The notes under the pieces are model-generated. The model worked only from the letters and a program-made list of their open reading frames with translations, was not told the origin of the DNA and did not search any database. DNA of 64,000 bases from an uncultured Actinomycetota bacterium (GTDB taxonomy: Bacteria; Actinomycetota; Actinomycetes; JAHEKZ01). The stretch lies in contig CAVPLY010000002.1 of NCBI GenBank assembly GCA_963706045.1, forward strand, positions 159,134 through 223,133. Reading direction: 5' to 3'. The position numbers and the translations under genes were made by a program. Positions 8,917-17,359 of this stretch are shown one piece after another; within the stretch, counting starts at the first letter, position 1; each line of letters starts with the position of its first letter.

Positions 8917-9951
8917 GTGTTCTCTCTGCACATCGAGTCAGCACCGTGGCGCTCCCACGCCAAGGCGCTCACCGAGCAGCTCCCCACGATCGTGCCGGTC
9001 GCCAAGGGCAACGGCTACGGATTTGGGCTCACGATGCTCGGCGGCGAGGCGCAGCGACTCGGATGCGACACCATCGCCGTGGGCACCCTCGATGAAGCTC
9101 CCATGGTCCACGAGGCGTTCCGCGGCAACGTGCTCGTGCTCACGCCCTGGCACCCGGCCATCGACCCGGAGCCAGATGACGACAAGCGGCTCGTGCTCAC
9201 GGCCTCTTCACTCGAGGCAGTTCGGGCACTTGCCGGTCACGGTCGGCGCGTGGTGGTCGAGCTTCTTACGTCGATGCGCCGGTTCGGGCTCGACGAGGAG
9301 GCAATCGCGGTCGCCCTGCCCGACATCCGGCGCCTCAACCTGTCCGGCTTCGCCCTCCACCTTCCGATCGACGACGGTGAGCTCTCGCGCGTCGATGAGA
9401 TCAGCAGCTGGGTGACCACGCTGCGCCGCCACCGCCTACCGACAGACACCCTGTGGGTCAGCCACGTGTCCGACGCCGAGCTGGCCACCTTGCATCGCCT
9501 CCACCCACAGACGGTGTTTCGGCCACGCATCGGTACCGCGCTCTGGCTCGGAGCTCGCGATACCTACCGGGCGCGCGGAACGGTACTCGCCTCACACCTC
9601 GTCCGACGTGGTCAGCGATTTGGCTACCGACAACGACGAGCTGCGGGCGACGGGCACCTGCTCATCATCGGAGGGGGAACGTCGCACGGCGTCGCCCTCG
9701 CCGCTCCGCGCTCGGTTGTCGGCGCACTGCCCAGGATCAAGCTCGTCGCCGAAGGTGGACTGGAGGCTGCTGGGCGCGCGCTCTCTCCGTTCTACGTCGG
9801 GGACCGGCGCCGATGGTTCGCCGAGCCACCCCACATGCAGGTCTCGATGGTCTGGCTTCCTTCCGGTGTCAGCGCACCGGTGATAGGTGACTCCGTCGCC
9901 GTCGACGTCCGCATGACCACCGCCACCTTTGATCGCGTCGTCCTGCACTGA
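8917..9951 (+). CDS. Alanine racemase-like PLP enzyme (N-terminal TIM-barrel domain)
   Basis: 344-aa ORF (GTG start) beginning 3 nt after the FemX-like stop. VAKGNGYGFG resembles the PLP-lysine motif of alanine racemases (K-A-N-A-Y-G-H-G). Confidence 0.6.
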   Translation: MFSLHIESAPWRSHAKALTEQLPTIVPVAKGNGYGFGLTMLGGEAQRLGCDTIAVGTLDEAPMVHEAFRGNVLVLTPWHPAIDPEPDDDKRLVLTASSLEAVRALAGHGRRVVVELLTSMRRFGLDEEAIAVALPDIRRLNLSGFALHLPIDDGELSRVDEISSWVTTLRRHRLPTDTLWVSHVSDAELATLHRLHPQTVFRPRIGTALWLGARDTYRARGTVLASHLVRRGQRFGYRQRRAAGDGHLLIIGGGTSHGVALAAPRSVVGALPRIKLVAEGGLEAAGRALSPFYVGDRRRWFAEPPHMQVSMVWLPSGVSAPVIGDSVAVDVRMTTATFDRVVLH

Positions 9952-10004
9952 GCCGTGAGGTAAGTTGACGAGCCGTCAGTGGGGTCAATCGAAGGGGGGT
10001 CACG

Positions 10005-10940
10005 TTGCGGCTCAGACCCGGCAACTCCCGCGACGTCACCACCTTTACGCGGCTCTCGAACGCCCATAGCCAGTGGCTGCGCGGTGAGGACGCCTGGCAG
10101 GAGGACGAGCTCGCCGCGATCCTGATCAGCGCCACCGGCGAACCCGCAGACAACGACCGCTACCTCGAAGTGGGCGGCGAGACGATCGCAGCCGTGCACG
10201 TGCACATGAGCGAGCCATTCGCCAAAGGCACCATCACGCTCGCTCTGCCCCCCGTCAAGGGGCGCGCCGACCATGCCCGCACCTTGATCGGCGCCGCCGA
10301 GCGCATCGTTCGGAGCAGCGACTACACCATGCCCAACGCAGCCCTGCAGATCGACGTTCACCGCGAGGACACAGAGATCCTCGCGGTTGCAGAGGACCTC
10401 GGCTACCGGGTCGTCCAGAAGATGACCACCCTGGAGGGTGACATCCTCGATGCCCCGGCGCCCCTATGGCCTTCCGACGTCGAGGTCGCGACCTTCAGCG
10501 TGACGCGCGACCTCGGCGACGGCTACACCGTCATCAAAGAGGCCTTCCTCCCGAAGCTCGGGGGGTGGCACCTCGCTCAGGACGACTACGAGTACAGCAT
10601 GCAGAACGATCCCACTGCCCTGCCAGGAATCTCGGTGATCGTGCGCGACTCCGAGGGCCCGGTAGCCATTGCCTTGAACTTCCTCGACACCACCAGGTCG
10701 AACACCGGGTTGACCGGGTCCTTCGGCGTCTGCGAGCGGCGCCGCCATCAAGGCCTCGGTCACGCACTGCTCCTTGAGTCGTTCGGTCGCTTCCGCAGCC
10801 GGGGCTGGGCTCACGCTCGGTTGGCGACCGTGCTCGGAATGGATCTTGACGACACCGACTACTCGCTCTACACCGACGTAGGGATGCGCCCGATCTTTGA
10901 CGACCTTGTCCTTGCCAAGGGCGAGATGCCGTGGCCCTGA
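10005..10940 (+). CDS. Two-domain GNAT family acetyltransferase
   Basis: 311-aa ORF (TTG start with gaagggggg SD upstream). The C-terminal half carries VCERRRHQGLGHALLLESFGRFRSRGW (R-x-x-G-x-G motif A). The size suggests tandem GNAT folds, but I cannot support a MshD call. Confidence 0.6.
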   Translation: MRLRPGNSRDVTTFTRLSNAHSQWLRGEDAWQEDELAAILISATGEPADNDRYLEVGGETIAAVHVHMSEPFAKGTITLALPPVKGRADHARTLIGAAERIVRSSDYTMPNAALQIDVHREDTEILAVAEDLGYRVVQKMTTLEGDILDAPAPLWPSDVEVATFSVTRDLGDGYTVIKEAFLPKLGGWHLAQDDYEYSMQNDPTALPGISVIVRDSEGPVAIALNFLDTTRSNTGLTGSFGVCERRRHQGLGHALLLESFGRFRSRGWAHARLATVLGMDLDDTDYSLYTDVGMRPIFDDLVLAKGEMPWP

Positions 10941-11364
10941 GCATTCGTCCAGGATCCCTTGCCGACGCAGAGATCTTCACCGGGCTGGTCGATGACCATC
11001 ACGCAGCCTTCACCGGCGAGCCGCTCTGGAGCGTTGACGAGATAAGGGCAGCTCTGATCACCACCAGGGGCGAGACGCCTGTTGGCGTGTGCATCAACTT
11101 CGTCGACACAATGCGGCCCGAGGCCGGTCACATCGGCATGTTGGGGTCGCATGAGCCGAGCGACGTACCGGAATAGGGCGTGCCCTTCTCGCAGCATCAC
11201 TCGCGAAGTTTGCCGAACAGGACTGGACCCACGCCCGACTCACCACCATCACGCCAGCGAGTGGAGTCGGCGGTGAAGATGCCGGCGGGTTCTTCCGCTC
11301 AGTGGGGATGACCACCGTGTACGACCACGACATCATGTCGCGGCCCCTCATCCACCACCGGTGA
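10931..11364 (+). pseudogene. GNAT acetyltransferase, frameshifted (about 11145-11170)
   Basis: The N-terminal half is ORF 10931-11176 (...EAGHIGMLG...). The motif-A half RRTGIGRALLAASLAKFAEQDWTHARLTTITPASGVGGEDAGGFFRSVGMTTVYDHDIMSRPL is read by me in another frame, ending at TGA 11362-11364. Confidence 0.55.
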
Positions 11365-12789
11365 CCTGCGGCGCAGGGCCACCCTGTCAGGACAGCCGTC
11401 GAGCACCCCGCCGCCCGGATCGTCCTCACCCAGACTGCTACGCACTGGGTCGTGTGCTGGACGAAGCACGTCGCGAACCACGAATCCGCCCAAGGCCAGC
11501 GTTGCGCAGACATGTAGGCCAATGGCAGCCCAGTAGTAACTCTCTGGCAAGCCCTTCTCAGGCGTTGCCTGCCCGATGATGTACCACCAGACAGCAAAGA
11601 AGTAGACGACTTGCGCCGCTTGCCACCAGAGGAAGTCGCGCCAACGGGGGCGGGCCAGCACCGCTAGCGGGATCAGCCACACCACGAACTGCGGCGAGTA
11701 GACCTTGTTGGTGACGGCGAAGGCAGCCACCGTCAAGAAGACCACCTGATGGAGCCGCGGGCGCTGCGGCGCGGCCAGGATGAGCAGACCGATCCCCACA
11801 CAGAACGCGAGGAAGATGCCGGTCGCCCACAGATTGAGCTGCTCGATGGGTGGGTCGAAGGAGAACGCGTCTCTCGCCACCAGCCACGGTGACCCGTAGT
11901 CGGCGCCCCGCTCGGAGGAGAACCGATAGAACCTGGCCCACCCGTCGAACCTGGCCAGCATGATCGGCACGTTCGCGGCGAGCCACATCACAGCGGCTGC
12001 GCCGAAAGTGACACCCCAGTAGCGCAGGCGCCCGGCGCGCAGGCAGAGCACGAAGAGCGGGCCGAGCACGAGCAGTGGATAGAACTTGAAGGATGCCCCG
12101 AGCCCGATGAGCAGCCCCGCAAGAACCGGGTAGCGGCGCGCCCAGGCCAGCAAAGCCAACGCGACGGTCGCGACCGCCCACAGATCCCAGTTGACCGTCG
12201 ATGCCAAGACCATGCCAGGGGCCACCGCGACCATCGCGGCGTCCCAGGGGCGTCGCCGGACCGTCAGCGCAGTGGCCCATACCGTCAGCGCCAGCAGCAG
12301 CGCGATCAAGATGGCGTTGACGGCGTAGTACACCCGCATGCGGGTCGCATCGCTCCAGTTCTCACTGATCGGCAGCCCGGTCACGTACATGACGGCGCCG
12401 GTGAGTACCGGGTACTCGACTTCTGAGTCTCCAGTGGTGGCCGGGTCCTCGACATACGGGATGACGCCTTCATCGATCCCGCGACCGGTGTACAGCAACG
12501 GGATGTCGCTGTAGCACCCCCGCGTGAAGATCTCGTACCCGTCTCCCCACGCCTTGGTCGAGCAAGGAGTATCGATCGCAGCGCCGAGCGCCGAGGCACA
12601 GATCGCAAAGAGCAGCATGATGCGCAGCGGGCTCCACCAGGCCCGCTTGGGACTCGCATGGCGACCGATGGGGCCGCCGATGACCTGGCTCGCACCGGAC
12701 GCCATCGAGTCGTCCCGCGAGGGCAGGACGATCTCTTCAGACGTTGGCACGACCGACATTGTGCCGTGCTCGGTGAGCAGACGGCGCAA
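11299..12789 (-). CDS. Polytopic membrane glycosyltransferase-like protein (GT87/DUF2029-like; Rv0051 position)
   Basis: 496-aa ORF with many TM segments, adjacent to ponA as recalled for M. tuberculosis Rv0050/Rv0051. The start is uncertain (in-frame alternative ATG at 12759). Confidence 0.55.
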   Translation of the reverse strand: MRRLLTEHGTMSVVPTSEEIVLPSRDDSMASGASQVIGGPIGRHASPKRAWWSPLRIMLLFAICASALGAAIDTPCSTKAWGDGYEIFTRGCYSDIPLLYTGRGIDEGVIPYVEDPATTGDSEVEYPVLTGAVMYVTGLPISENWSDATRMRVYYAVNAILIALLLALTVWATALTVRRRPWDAAMVAVAPGMVLASTVNWDLWAVATVALALLAWARRYPVLAGLLIGLGASFKFYPLLVLGPLFVLCLRAGRLRYWGVTFGAAAVMWLAANVPIMLARFDGWARFYRFSSERGADYGSPWLVARDAFSFDPPIEQLNLWATGIFLAFCVGIGLLILAAPQRPRLHQVVFLTVAAFAVTNKVYSPQFVVWLIPLAVLARPRWRDFLWWQAAQVVYFFAVWWYIIGQATPEKGLPESYYWAAIGLHVCATLALGGFVVRDVLRPAHDPVRSSLGEDDPGGGVLDGCPDRVALRRRSPVVDEGPRHDVVVVHGGHPH

Positions 12790-12803
12790 GCACGCTCAGC
12801 CGC

Positions 12804-14939
12804 CTAGGGATTCGCACCCACGTCGCCGCCTTGTCCCTGATCCGATGGCGAAGGGGAGGCAGACGACGGCGACGGCGACGGCGTGGGCGTCTTGGTGGGC
12901 TTCGGTGAGGACGTCGTCGGCGACGGCGAAGGCGAGGCCGTGGTCGGAGAGGGCGTGGGGCTCGCAGTCGGGCTCGGGGATGTTGTCGGTATCGGCCTTC
13001 CTGGGAAGTTCACTACCTCTTGCCCGAGCAGAGCGGCCGCGGTGTAGGCGGTCCAGATCTGGGTGGGGAATCCGGCACCGGTGAATACCGGTTGGTAGGC
13101 GACCCCGTTGAGCGGGGCCAGCTTGTCCTTGCCGAGCTCACGGTGAAACGCCACGGCGGTGACGAGCTGGGGGGTGTAGCCCACGAACCAGGCCGTCTTG
13201 CCCTCGTGGTTGCCCGTCTTGCCGGCAGCCGGTCGTCCGAGATTGGACGCATAGGCACCGGTACCACCCGACACGACTGACGCCAGGTCGTACGTCACCT
13301 CGTTCGCGATATCGGAGGGAAAACCTCGCTGCTCCTGGACGTCAGACTCGTACAGCACGTTGTCGTCGGAGTCCGTCACCTGCTGAACGGTGTAGGGCGC
13401 AGTGGCGACGCCCTCGTTGGCGAACGTGCCGTAGGCACTCGCCATTGCCAGCGGTGAGTACGCGGCCGAGCCGAGTGTGATCTGGGGGCTGACGTCGAGC
13501 GATCCCGTCGCAAGGCCCGCGGCTTTGGCTGCCTCAGCAACCTGGTCGGCGCCCATCTGCTGGGTGACGTCGAGGAACGCAGTGTTCACCGACTGCTGGG
13601 TCGCGTACTGCAACGAGATGGCCGAGCCGTAGCTCTGCCCGCCTTGATTCTCGAACGACTCATCGACCCCATCCACGTAGAAGGGCGAGTTGCCGTTGAA
13701 GGTGCTCTCCAACGTGAAGCCGTTCTGCAGTGCGGCAGCGACGGTAAACGCCTTCATCGTCGATCCGACCGGAACAGGCGCCAGTGCGTTGTTGAACTGG
13801 CTCTTCTCCCAGTTCTTCCCGGCGTAGACAGCTGCGATTCCGCCGGTCCGCGGGTCGATCGAGAGCAGTCCGACTTCAACGCCATTGTTCGGAGGTGGCG
13901 GATAGTTCTCGGTGACCGCAGTCTGTGCGGCGGCCTGGGCCTGCTCGTCGAAAGTTGTGACGACCCGAAGTCCGCCGCCGTCGATCTCTTGATCTGAGAA
14001 CCCAAGGTCAATGAGCTCGTCGCGCACCATGTCGAGCATGAACCCGGTCTGACCCGTGTACGAGTTCAGCGACTTTGGATCAGCGATCTTGGGCAGCCGC
14101 TTGATCTTTGCGGCATCTGCCTCGTCGAGCCATCCCTGTTCGACCATTCCCGGAATCACGTAGTCGAGGGTGCGGGCTTTCAGGGCTTGCTTCTCGACCT
14201 TTCCGTCATCGGGGTCGTAGTTGTTCGGCGCCCGAATCACCGCTGCGAGCACAGCACCCTGCGCCTCGTTGAGATCCTGCACGTCCTTGCCGAAGTACGC
14301 CTGGCTCGCCGCTTGGATGCCGTAGGCACCGCGTCCGAAGTAGATGGTGTTCAAATAGTTCTCGAGCACCTGCTCCTTGGTCTGATCCCGCGACAGCTTG
14401 ATGGCCAGAATGGCCTCCTTCACCTTGCGCGTGAGAGTTCGATCCTGGGTGAGATAGGCATTGCGGGCGTACTGCTGCGTGATCGTCGAGCCACCTTGGG
14501 TGTTTCCCCCACGGATGTTGTTCCACAACGAGCGGGCGATACCAACGGGCGAGATGCCCTCGTTCTCGTAGAAGCTCCGGTCCTCGGCCGCCAGCACTGC
14601 CAGCTCGACGTGGTCGGGCACCTCGTCAAGCGTCACGATCTCGCGGTTGACCTCTGCGTAGCGTCCGATGACGTCTTTGCCGTCGTCGTAGTAGACGACC
14701 GAGGTTTCAGCGGTGGCGAGATCGTTGGGAGCCGGTACATCGACCATGAGATAGAGAGCGATGAAGGCGGCCCCGAGAGCGGCCAGGCCCAGTGCCCCCA
14801 GACCCAGCACCTGACGCCCGGACGGGACGAACCGCCGCCAGCCAGTCTTGGCGCGGCGCGGGTAGTCGATGCGCACGTGGGCCTCTCGAGGGGATGGTGA
14901 CGGGAGCGAACCGGTCGATCGCGACAGGGTTCGCCGCAC
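12804..14939 (-). CDS. ponA: Class A penicillin-binding protein (transglycosylase/transpeptidase)
   Basis: 711-aa ORF. GT51 motifs are AAEDRSFYENEGISP and GGSTITQQYARN. Transpeptidase motifs are STMK (SxxK) and KTG (AAGKTGN). The C-terminal tail is Pro/Ser/Thr-rich. Confidence 0.9.
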   Translation of the reverse strand: MRRTLSRSTGSLPSPSPREAHVRIDYPRRAKTGWRRFVPSGRQVLGLGALGLAALGAAFIALYLMVDVPAPNDLATAETSVVYYDDGKDVIGRYAEVNREIVTLDEVPDHVELAVLAAEDRSFYENEGISPVGIARSLWNNIRGGNTQGGSTITQQYARNAYLTQDRTLTRKVKEAILAIKLSRDQTKEQVLENYLNTIYFGRGAYGIQAASQAYFGKDVQDLNEAQGAVLAAVIRAPNNYDPDDGKVEKQALKARTLDYVIPGMVEQGWLDEADAAKIKRLPKIADPKSLNSYTGQTGFMLDMVRDELIDLGFSDQEIDGGGLRVVTTFDEQAQAAAQTAVTENYPPPPNNGVEVGLLSIDPRTGGIAAVYAGKNWEKSQFNNALAPVPVGSTMKAFTVAAALQNGFTLESTFNGNSPFYVDGVDESFENQGGQSYGSAISLQYATQQSVNTAFLDVTQQMGADQVAEAAKAAGLATGSLDVSPQITLGSAAYSPLAMASAYGTFANEGVATAPYTVQQVTDSDDNVLYESDVQEQRGFPSDIANEVTYDLASVVSGGTGAYASNLGRPAAGKTGNHEGKTAWFVGYTPQLVTAVAFHRELGKDKLAPLNGVAYQPVFTGAGFPTQIWTAYTAAALLGQEVVNFPGRPIPTTSPSPTASPTPSPTTASPSPSPTTSSPKPTKTPTPSPSPSSASPSPSDQGQGGDVGANP

Positions 14940-14995
14940 AGTCTGACGGACTGCGGGCGCTCAGCGTTCCGCGCCCCGCCGATCTGAGGCGTTAC

Positions 14996-15460
14996 TCACA
15001 GGACTGGATCACCTCGGTGCGCGCGCAATGGTGCCCGCGGCGTTCCGTCGCCGAGGACGAACGTCGTCGTGAGGTAGTTCCAGGAGCAGCTACGGCAGAC
15101 CTCGACCACATACACGCGAAACTCGCCGAACTCACGCGCCATCACCTCGAGTTCACGCGGAGCCCGGATTCGTCCCTGATAGGGGCCGAGCTCGTCGCCG
15201 AACACATAGCTCAGCTCAGCCAGATCGCTGCCGCGGCAGATGGGGCACGGTCGACCAGCCGGCATCCCGTGGTTCTCGGCAGCGCGCAGCAGGTACGGGT
15301 CGGCGTCGCACAGGTCGGAGACGAAGGCATGACCCCGCCGAAGGTCGGCGAGGGCGGCACGACGCTGCAGGGCGTAGTCGATGACGGCGCGCTGCGACCA
15401 CGGAGCGGTCGACGGCCCTGATCGCGGCATCCCCCGAGGGTAGATCGCACCACGCGGCAA
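14996..15460 (-). CDS. Conserved Cys-rich hypothetical protein (DUF5318-like; Rv0049 position)
   Basis: 154-aa ORF (TTG at 15460; alternative ATG at 15430). It has CPICRG...CRSCSWNY cysteine pairs and sits between ponA and the PadR/ino1 pair. Confidence 0.55.
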   Translation of the reverse strand: MPRGAIYPRGMPRSGPSTAPWSQRAVIDYALQRRAALADLRRGHAFVSDLCDADPYLLRAAENHGMPAGRPCPICRGSDLAELSYVFGDELGPYQGRIRAPRELEVMAREFGEFRVYVVEVCRSCSWNYLTTTFVLGDGTPRAPLRAHRGDPVL

Positions 15461-15558
15461 CGCCTCCCAACCCCGCCCCGCCTCGGGTGGGTGGCGGGTG
15501 GGTCGACGTGGATTTGCGTTGTTCCGCTGCCCCAGGTAGCGTTCCGACGCATCGTCTC

Positions 15559-15579
15559 GATGTATCGAGCCGATACATC
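15559..15579. promoter_or_regulatory. Perfect 9-bp inverted repeat, candidate PadR operator
   Basis: gATGTatcg-agc-cgatACATc lies 25 nt upstream of the padR-like start. It contains the ATGT/ACAT half-sites known for PadR operators, though the spacing here is 11 nt. Confidence 0.45.
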
Positions 15580-15603
15580 ATCTCGTCACCCTGAAGGAGC
15601 CTC

Positions 15604-16203
15604 GTGGCTAAGCGCAGCGGCGTCCTCGAGCTAGCAGTGCTCGGGCTCCTGCACGAGTCGCCCATGCACGGCTACGAGCTGCGCAAGCGGCTCTCGAGCC
15701 ACCTCGGCGCCTTTCGGGCTCTCTCGTACGGCTCGCTCTACCCGTGCTTGAAGGAGCTCATGCGACAGGGGCTGATCGCCGAGTCGACTGACCCTGACGC
15801 CAGTAGCACCCGCCGGTCGAAGATCGTCTACCAGCTCACGGCCGACGGCAAGGAGCACTTCCAGCAGCTGCTGGCGGAGTCGGGCCCCGCATCCTGGGAC
15901 GACGAGAGCTTCGGCGTCCGCTTTGCCTTCTTCGGCCGCACCGATGCCGACACGCGCATGCGCATCCTGGTCGGACGTCGGGGCCGTCTCGAGGAACGAC
16001 TCGACAACCTGCGCGGCTCGTTCGCCCGCACCCGCGAGCGCCTCGACGACTACACCACCGCACTGCAGAACCACGGACTCGACTCCGTTGAGCGCGAAGT
16101 CCGCTGGCTCAACGAACTGATCGACGACGAGACCAACCGCAAGCAGACCAGCACACCATCAAGCTCTGAGGCGCTCAGCCTCGGGGACACGACAAAGGAG
16201 TAA
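15604..16203 (+). CDS. PadR family transcriptional regulator
   Basis: 199-aa ORF (GTG start, gaaggag SD) with winged-helix N-terminus [24 protein letters not shown]...[12 protein letters not shown]. It sits directly upstream of ino1, as with Rv0047c. Confidence 0.85.
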   Translation: MAKRSGVLELAVLGLLHESPMHGYELRKRLSSHLGAFRALSYGSLYPCLKELMRQGLIAESTDPDASSTRRSKIVYQLTADGKEHFQQLLAESGPASWDDESFGVRFAFFGRTDADTRMRILVGRRGRLEERLDNLRGSFARTRERLDDYTTALQNHGLDSVEREVRWLNELIDDETNRKQTSTPSSSEALSLGDTTKE

Positions 16204-16205
16204 CC

Positions 16206-17279
16206 ATGGGTTCGGTACGCGTAGCCATCGCGGGCGTAGGCAACTGCGCCGCGTCGCTCGTGCAGGGCGTCGAGTACTACAAGGACGCCGACCCCGCGGC
16301 GAGCGTCCCCGGCTTGATGCACGTGCAGCTCGGCGACTACCACATCAGCGACGTCGAGTTCGTTGCTGCGTTCGACGTGGACGCCAAGAAGGTCAGCCAA
16401 GATCTCGCGCACGCGATCGTCGCGAGCGAGAACAACACGATCAAGATCGCCGACGTTCCGCCCACGGGCATCGCGGTGCAGCGCGGTCCGACCCTCGACG
16501 GTCTCGGCAAGTACTACCTCGAGACCATCACCGAGTCTGACGAAGAACCCGTGGACGTCGTTCAGGCCCTGCGCGACGCCAAGGCCGACGTGCTCGTCTG
16601 CTACCTGCCCGTCGGCTCCGAGGACGCTGCGCGCTTCTACGCCCAGGCCGCCATCGACGCCGGCGTCGGCTTCGTCAACGCCCTGCCGGTCTTCATCGCC
16701 GGCACCAAGGAGTGGGCCGACAAGTTCACCGCCGCCGGAGTGCCGATCGTCGGCGACGACATCAAGTCGCAGGTGGGCGCCACCATCACGCACCGCGTGC
16801 TCGCCAAGCTCTTCGAAGACCGCGGCGTCATCGTCGACCGCACCATGCAGCTCAATGTCGGCGGCAACATGGACTTCAAGAACATGCTCGAGCGCGAGCG
16901 CCTCGAGTCGAAGAAGATCTCGAAGACCCAGGCCGTCACGTCGCAGCTCAAGCACGACCTCGGCAAGGACAACGTGCACATCGGCCCCTCCGACTACGTC
17001 GCCTGGCTCGATGACCGCAAGTGGGCGTTCGTACGCCTCGAGGGTCGCGCCTTCGGCGACGTTCCGCTCAGCCTTGAGTACAAGCTCGAGGTATGGGACT
17101 CACCCAACTCTGCCGGTGTCATCATCGACGCCGTGCGCTGCGCCAAGATCGCCATGGACCGCGGGATCGGCGGCCCGATTCTGTCAGCCAGCAGCTACTT
17201 CATGAAGTCGCCGCCGGTGCAGTACTACGACGACGATGCACGTAACGCCGTCGAGGAGTTCATCGCAGGCAGCGCCTGA
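16206..17279 (+). CDS. ino1: myo-Inositol-1-phosphate synthase
   Basis: 357-aa ORF starting [28 protein letters not shown] and containing NALPVFIA..., the typical actinobacterial Ino1. Confidence 0.9.
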   Translation: MGSVRVAIAGVGNCAASLVQGVEYYKDADPAASVPGLMHVQLGDYHISDVEFVAAFDVDAKKVSQDLAHAIVASENNTIKIADVPPTGIAVQRGPTLDGLGKYYLETITESDEEPVDVVQALRDAKADVLVCYLPVGSEDAARFYAQAAIDAGVGFVNALPVFIAGTKEWADKFTAAGVPIVGDDIKSQVGATITHRVLAKLFEDRGVIVDRTMQLNVGGNMDFKNMLERERLESKKISKTQAVTSQLKHDLGKDNVHIGPSDYVAWLDDRKWAFVRLEGRAFGDVPLSLEYKLEVWDSPNSAGVIIDAVRCAKIAMDRGIGGPILSASSYFMKSPPVQYYDDDARNAVEEFIAGSA

Positions 17280-17359
17280 CAGACAGAGCGACAAGAAGTG
17301 GGGTCCAGTCGCGCCGCGTGAAATAGGAGACATCTCACGTCGGCCCTAGGCTCGCGGCG

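Noticed and set aside
10931-11176. Stand-alone 81-aa protein
   Set aside because: It is the N-terminal half of a GNAT fold whose C-terminal half continues in another frame, so it is treated as part of a frameshifted gene.
12810-12990. Repetitive ggcgacggcga/ggcgaaggcga DNA that looks like a tandem repeat
   Set aside because: It encodes the Pro/Ser/Thr-rich C-terminal linker of the class A PBP (PSPSPTTSSPKPTKTPTPSPSPSS) on the minus strand. This is low-complexity coding sequence, not a non-coding repeat. The same applies to the pknB tail at about 57255-57330.
16050-16979. 309-aa minus-strand ORF
   Set aside because: It is fully antisense to the well-recognised ino1 gene. Its composition (runs of D/G/V/L/A/R such as [18 protein letters not shown]) is the typical mirror-frame artefact of high-GC coding DNA, and it has no recognisable motifs.
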